Under the pieces are notes generated by a model. That model was not told the origin of the DNA. It was given only the letters and a program-made list of their open reading frames with translations, and ran no database searches. A stretch of DNA of 64,000 nucleotides from Eledone cirrhosa (lineage: Eukaryota), in NCBI GenBank assembly GCA_964016885.1, contig OZ024740.1:212784001-212848000 (forward strand), given 5' to 3'. This document shows, piece by piece, positions 60,661-64,000 of the stretch. Position 1 is the stretch's first letter; each line of letters opens with the position of its first letter. The position numbers and the translations under genes were made by a program.

Positions 60661-62010
60661 CACATCAACTGCAAATTGCTGGAAGAGGTCGCGTGAACGA
60701 TGAAGAATTTTGATGTCTTGCTCTCTTAATATGAAAAGGTAATCATAGAATTCCATGCAGCTTACTATTTTTGTCAGTGCAGGAACTCTTCTTTTAAGAC
60801 CTGTTTCTTTTATACCAAAGTGATATCTATCTTGGCCAAATACACAGATTAATGGATACTGGAGTGCACCATATGATCAGTGGGTTACATTTATCCGTTG
60901 CATCTTATTTCCTTTTCCTTAAATAATATCTCTCTTCCCATACTCGTCGCCTGTAATAATTGCTGCTACTTCATTTGCAGCAGGGGCATTGTAGCAGCCT
61001 CAGAGTTCAGCAACAGGCTTTATGTCTGCATCAATAACTATCTTATATTCAGTGAGCAGTGCAGGTTATAATGCATATTTGAAGTTTTTGATGTAGCTAT
61101 TGTTTGCATGCAACATATCTTGCAAATCAAAGATTAACTCGTCTTTCAAATTTGGAAGGTTAAATGATCGTTGCAAAGCCTGCCCCTTGTAATTTGCCAC
61201 AAATTATAGCTGTAAAAACTGAGGATTTTTGCCATCAGTTGGTAACAAAGATCCAATACAATGGAATAGTTGACCTTGAACTTTAAAAGTTGGCTTCATG
61301 TTCCCTTCTCTTAAAATATTACTACCAAAGGAGGTCATTTGGAAAGCAGAATTATAATTCGTAATGTTTTCAAGGAGTGCATGCTCCTTGATGTGTTTCC
61401 CAAAACAATAGCTTCAAAGTATCTGTTCCTCCATCACAACACATAGTGGTGGTTTCTCTTTCCCATTTCTTTCCTTTACAAAAACTGCACTCTTTTGACA
61501 TTGCTCCAATATCAATCAATATCTCTGTAGAATAATCATGTTTTGGATCATAGTTGAAAGTTAAACCTTTCCAACTCCCCTTGAAAGGTGTAACTCTTTT
61601 GTGAAACTTATTCAGCCTATTTTGATCAAGACGCTTACGTCTCTCCTCTGAGGATCGGCGAAGACTTGCAGCAACTGTTTGCTCCTGGTTTTTTCGTTGT
61701 CTAATCTCTCGCTGACCTATTGTCTCATTGGCATCCTTTAAACTTTTTTCTCTTTCCTCTTTTGACTCTTGGTTCTTGGCTCCGGCGGATTGCATTTTTC
61801 TGGCGTAATTATTCTAACTATTTTTCCCTTGCCTCGTGTGATTCATTGGCCCTGCATGCAGCATCTCTCCTCTGGTCGTTTTCATGTCTTTGCTTTCGTT
61901 GATGCATGGGTCTCTAGTAACCTTTCTCTGGCTAACTGTACTCGTCTTTGCTTCACTGTAGTATACTGATCATCTACATCTACCCCGTCTCCTCTTGAAA
62001 AGAGTGAGAA
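60655..62010 (-). pseudogene. Helitron RepHel N-terminal half, decayed
   Basis: FNYDPKHDY....IDIGAMSKECSFCKGKKWERETTTMCC.GG; YNSAFQMTSFG; PTFKVQGQLFHCIGSLLP; FLQL.FV; LQYPLI; FYDYLFILR...LFQQFAVD. Confidence 0.85.
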
Positions 62011-62535
62011 CATTTTTCACGAAAACTGTTTTAAAAATTAAAATGGGGATTAAATGGAAAATTGAGTGAAAGTTACGTGAATATCTTCAGAATAGTGATT
62101 GAAATAAATGGCGATTTATTCTCTCTCTTTCACTCAATCTCTATCTCTTGGTCTCTCTCTTAACAAAGCCAGTGAAGTTCATGATGTTTTCTTGGTAACA
62201 AACAAATAACGTACATAATTCCTGTCTATTTTTCGTATAGCTCCGGCGTGAGTTATTTTCAATAAATTAATAATATGGCGGTTTGGTGTCATCGTGGTTC
62301 ATTTAGATATATTCATTTAGATATATTCATTTTCTGCGTGATCAAGGAACTATCATATCATCATCATCTTATTGAACACTCACTTACCTGCACACATGCA
62401 ACCTCTGGTCACATTGTGTCACACAACAGTGACCACACGATACAGCAAGCTACAAGTGAGCACGCTCGCAACAAACGAATCAATACCACAACACAATCAA
62501 CTACCAGCACGATCATCCAAATAATCTACTAATAT

Positions 62536-62729
62536 ATAATTGTTTCTACTTTTGGCACAAGGCCATCAATCATCCCAGTGCATTTCTGGTACTTTATTTT
62601 ATCGACCCCGTAAGGATGAAAGGCAAAGTTAAACTAGTCGGGATTTGAACTCAGACCGTAAAGGGACATAACTCTATGCTGCAAAGCATGGCGTCCGACC
62701 CTCTACCGATACTGGCAATCCACCGCCTT
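62536..62729 (-). mobile_element. tRNA-derived SINE, near-complete
   Basis: Reverse complement of the 41514-41708 family, with B box GAGTTCAAATCCC. Confidence 0.88.
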
Positions 62730-62734
62730 TATAA

Positions 62735-64000
62735 TCTATAATATATAATGCTCTCGTGTTTTTGTACGTCACGCAAAGAGAGGTAACTCATCTGTTTCAG
62801 TATTTGAATATGAATACATACATATACATAAACATATACATTATACAAAATAATGATTACATACACACACATCTATGTGATGAGTGTGGAAGGAAGAGGA
62901 CTGTGACAAACTATAGAAAACAGAGAACAGCGTTCGCTACACCTGTGTTACTCATACATATAAATGTATATACACACACACATACTCACACACATATGTG
63001 TGTGCATGTGATGGTTATTTTCTCTGAGTCTGTTTATGTGTATGATTGTGTAGATGTGTGTGTATGTAATAATTATTTTTAACTATCGTTCTTAGATTGG
63101 CTACACCTTTGTGAGTGTGTATGTGTATGTGAGTGTTTGTGTGTGAGTGTTTGTGTGGATGTGTTGTCCAAGGAGCCAAGTCTCTAACAATATCGAAATA
63201 AATTAGAATTATCAAGAATATAAAACGTCCGCAGTTGAAAGGTGTATACAAATACACATCTACCCTTTAGCACGGCACAGGGCCAGATAGCCGTTATATC
63301 TTAACTATAATAAAGTAAGGAGTGCGGGACTGCGTACGGTTTATTTCTTTTTATCCCGTTTGTAAAATAAGTTGGATTACTTTGAATAAATAATGAATGA
63401 ATATTACATAATTTATGTACTAAATTTTTATTAAATTTAATATAAATGATTTTATTGCTTATTTAAAATTGACTTCTTTTCAAAATTTCAAATTTCTACA
63501 CTTCTGGTATATCGCCGCCACGCCCACCACTTCAACTACCATATATATAGAAAGAGAGAGTGTGTGAGGAGAGAGATACAGATAGAGCGATTACGATTTT
63601 CAGCACGCTGACGCATATGTATATGTACATACATTTATATGTATGAGTATATAACTATTATGAGTATATAACTATAATCGCGCAAACACAAACTTATAAA
63701 ACTTATACACGCTCAAGAACATACATTCACACAAATACACATATTTTCACACACATACATTTAAACAAACACACACATACAAACATGATAGCAGCGTTCG
63801 ATGAATTGGAAATGGGAGGGTAAAACAAGTATAACGTTCTACTTATTTATTAACAACACAGTTTAACTCTTTTTTTAAAACTCATTTGTATAAACATCTA
63901 AACTATAATAAAGTAAGGTCTGCGGGACTGCGTACGGTTTATTTCTTTTAATCCAGTTAGTAAAATAAGTTGGATTACTTTGAATAAATAATGAATGAAT
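62735..64000 (+). mobile_element. Tandem non-autonomous Helitron-like units (A|TC starts at 62735, 63299, 63897)
   Basis: TCTATAATATATAA and TCT(T/A)AACTATAATAAAGTAAGG..TGCGGGACTGCGTACGG starts. 63299 and 63897 begin a ~100-bp direct repeat 598 bp apart. Degenerate GC-rich 3' hairpin at ~63262-63294. Confidence 0.6.

Overview
Eukaryotic, repeat-saturated invertebrate genomic DNA. The tRNA-headed SINE family and the TA/TATG/ATT microsatellite landscape look cephalopod (Octopus-like), which is an inference from repeat content only. There is one plausible host coding exon, a HtrL/YibB-like putative glycosyltransferase at 42035-42937 (minus strand). The rest is an ~8.9 kb TA/TACA microsatellite field, a ~5.2 kb 38-bp satellite, many Penelope-like element (PLE) fragments with fold-back termini and minimal hammerhead ribozyme motifs, RTE pieces with HDV-like ribozyme candidates, R4/Dong fragments, three Tx1/L1-clade LINE copies, Helitron pieces, a MITE and SINEs. 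Most ORFs in the supplied track are low-complexity artefacts. The most interesting observations are: (i) a 71-nt RNA motif at 24393-24463 that combines a box C/D-type kink-turn with all hammerhead core elements in a non-canonical order; (ii) a consensus splice donor at the ORF1 stop and a CTGTAG at the ORF2 stop in divergent Tx1 families, suggesting ORF2 could be spliced out as an intron; (iii) a 12-kb chain of unrelated retroelements joined by (ATT)n tracts; (iv) a 12-mer copied four times at a PLE fold-back axis. All RNA structures were folded by eye and element boundaries are approximate.
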